Assembly (NCBI GenBank): GCA_035084275.1
Contig: CM068748.1
Coordinates: forward strand, 10,974,001-11,038,000
Origin: Hydrolagus colliei
Lineage: Eukaryota
Direction: 5' to 3'
Length of the DNA stretch: 64,000 nt
Part shown: one piece after another, positions 62,755-64,000 of the stretch
Layout: each line of letters opens with the position of its first letter
Position numbering within the stretch: position 1 is the first letter of the stretch
Notes under the pieces: generated by a model
Told to the model about the DNA's origin: nothing
Database searches by the model: none
The model's input: the letters and a program-made list of their open reading frames with translations, nothing else
Position numbers and translations under genes: made by a program

Positions 62755-62975
62755 TATAAAATTATAGAATTTATACAACACAGGAGGCTATTTAGTTATA
62801 TGTGCTTGTGCCAGCTCTCTGGAAGAGCTATCCACTTGGTTTCACTTCCATATTCTTTCCCCATACTTGCTAATAGGTAAATATTTAGATAACTTCCTCT
62901 TTAAAGCTCTTAATAGATTATGTTTCAACCATGCATTTTAGGATATTCCATTCCCTTAATAATTACTGCCAGAAA
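62755..62975 (-). mobile_element. CR1 LINE 3' end
   Basis: atagaatttatacaacacaggaggc..tgtgccagctctctggaagagctatcca..ttctttccccata is the reverse complement of the 11640 type. Confidence 0.7.
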
Positions 62976-63009
62976 CTGACCAGTTTCTCCCTATTTGAAT
63001 ATCTATCAT

Positions 63010-63407
63010 AACAACAAAATTGCACTTATATAACATCGGGAGAACGTCCTGAGGCGCTGAACAGTCAGGTAGGGACCCAAGCGGGGGGTGGGGTGGGGGG
63101 TGGGCGAGGTAGGGGAAAGAGGAAGGAGAGTGGGAGAGGGGGAAGAGTTAGTGGGGCAGCCGAAGGCGTGGTTGAAGAGGAAGGTCCTGAGACCAGCCTT
63201 GAAGGAGGAAAGGGAGGAAGCAAGGCAGAGGGGCTGCAGGATGGAGTTCCACAGTGTGGGAGCAGAGCGGCTGAAATCCTGGCCGCCGATGGTTGGACGA
63301 TTAGGGCGGTGCACGCGGAGTAGGCCTGAGTCCGTTGAACAAAGGGGACGGGCAGTCTGATAGGGAGACAGTAGGTCAGAGAGATGGGCGGGGGCAAGGC
63401 CTTGAAT
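63010..63407 (-). mobile_element. L2 LINE 3' end with ORF2 C-terminus
   Basis: FKAL..AHLSDLLSPY..DSGLL, then PTIGGQDFSRSAPTLWNSI..LASSLSSFKAGLRTFLFNHAF; tail cagcgcctcaggacgt..(TTG)n. Confidence 0.9.
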
Positions 63408-63450
63408 GGGTGGTCCAACCTTTTCGCTGTTGAGGGCAGGATACCGGATT
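63408..63450 (+). mobile_element. Possible hAT-type transposon left end
   Basis: gggtggtccaaccttttc..gagggc resembles CAGGGGTGTCCAACCTTTT hAT termini; no partner end is visible. Confidence 0.3.
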
Positions 63451-63645
63451 TAAGAAACACTCCCGGGTTGCATAAGCAATATTTTAGTATTTCCTTTCCA
63501 GGAACCTAACCCCCAAGGATCATATAGAAATCCTAGGTTTTTAATTGTGTAATTTTATTTCATTAAATTTTAGTTACAATGCAAACTTTAAACAATAGAA
63601 AAATTAATAGAAACTTTTAAACAATAATGCAGCCAGCTATGAACA

Positions 63646-63815
63646 TCTGTCTCTCTGTATCTGCGTGTGTCTGTTTGTGTGTCAATCAGTCTTTCTGTCT
63701 GTGTGTCTCTGCATCTGTCTCTCTGTCCATCTGTACCTTTCTATCTGTATGCATGTGTCTCTGTATCTGTCTGTCTCTGTAACTATCTATGTGTGTCTGT
63801 ATCTCTCTCTCTCCC
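63646..63815. repeat. Degenerate (TCTG/TC/TG)n microsatellite
   Basis: Directly visible in the sequence. Confidence 0.9.
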
Positions 63816-64000
63816 GTTCCCAGTTTGAAAGTGATTTAAGAGGTTCTCCTGCTAACCTACGTTTGTCACTGTTTTTCCCACAGCATCAGACTAGACCTGG
63901 GCTCTAGACACACAATGTGACTATATTTGTACATCAGATGAAATCATTCCCCAGGCCTGATGCAGCCTGTGGGTTGCTGTTTGGATCAGTCTGGATAAGG

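Noticed and set aside
63065-63460. Cluster of overlapping GC-rich ORFs
   Set aside because: They are all by-products of the L2 fragment.
54001-64000. Search for upstream CCSER2 exons (..TQTPWRRIP and the GGYSAPSF.. cassette)
   Set aside because: None was found by eye; they presumably lie beyond the window.

Overview
This is eukaryotic, AT-rich vertebrate genomic DNA. The repeat complement (Deu-domain tRNA-SINEs, LF-SINE-like copies, L2 and CR1 3' ends, a Penelope-associated motif) points to a cartilaginous fish, possibly a holocephalan such as the elephant shark; that assignment is inference. Most of the window is intergenic or intronic, and almost all listed short ORFs are spurious. Two protein-coding signals stand out. 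(1) The terminal exon of CCSER2 on the minus strand (acceptor at 53937) can be read in two frames, each matching a different known C-terminus of vertebrate CCSER2 as I recall them; about 54-64 kb is then its last intron. (2) A TRIM42-like coiled-coil/COS exon on the plus strand (28653 to ~29759) has a frame break and an in-frame stop, and degenerate B-box-like remnants lie upstream, so it is probably a pseudogene. The rest is mobile DNA: a tRNA-derived SINE family that appears to combine CORE-like and Deu-like domains, older SacSINE1/AmnSINE-like and LF-SINE-like copies, many L2 and CR1 3' ends (often nested and very short), an RTE fragment, and TA-flanked pogo/Tigger-like MITEs. I found no prokaryotic features, CRISPR arrays, rRNA or genuine tRNA genes. 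Protein and repeat-family assignments come from recalled sequences, not database searches, and repeat boundaries are approximate.
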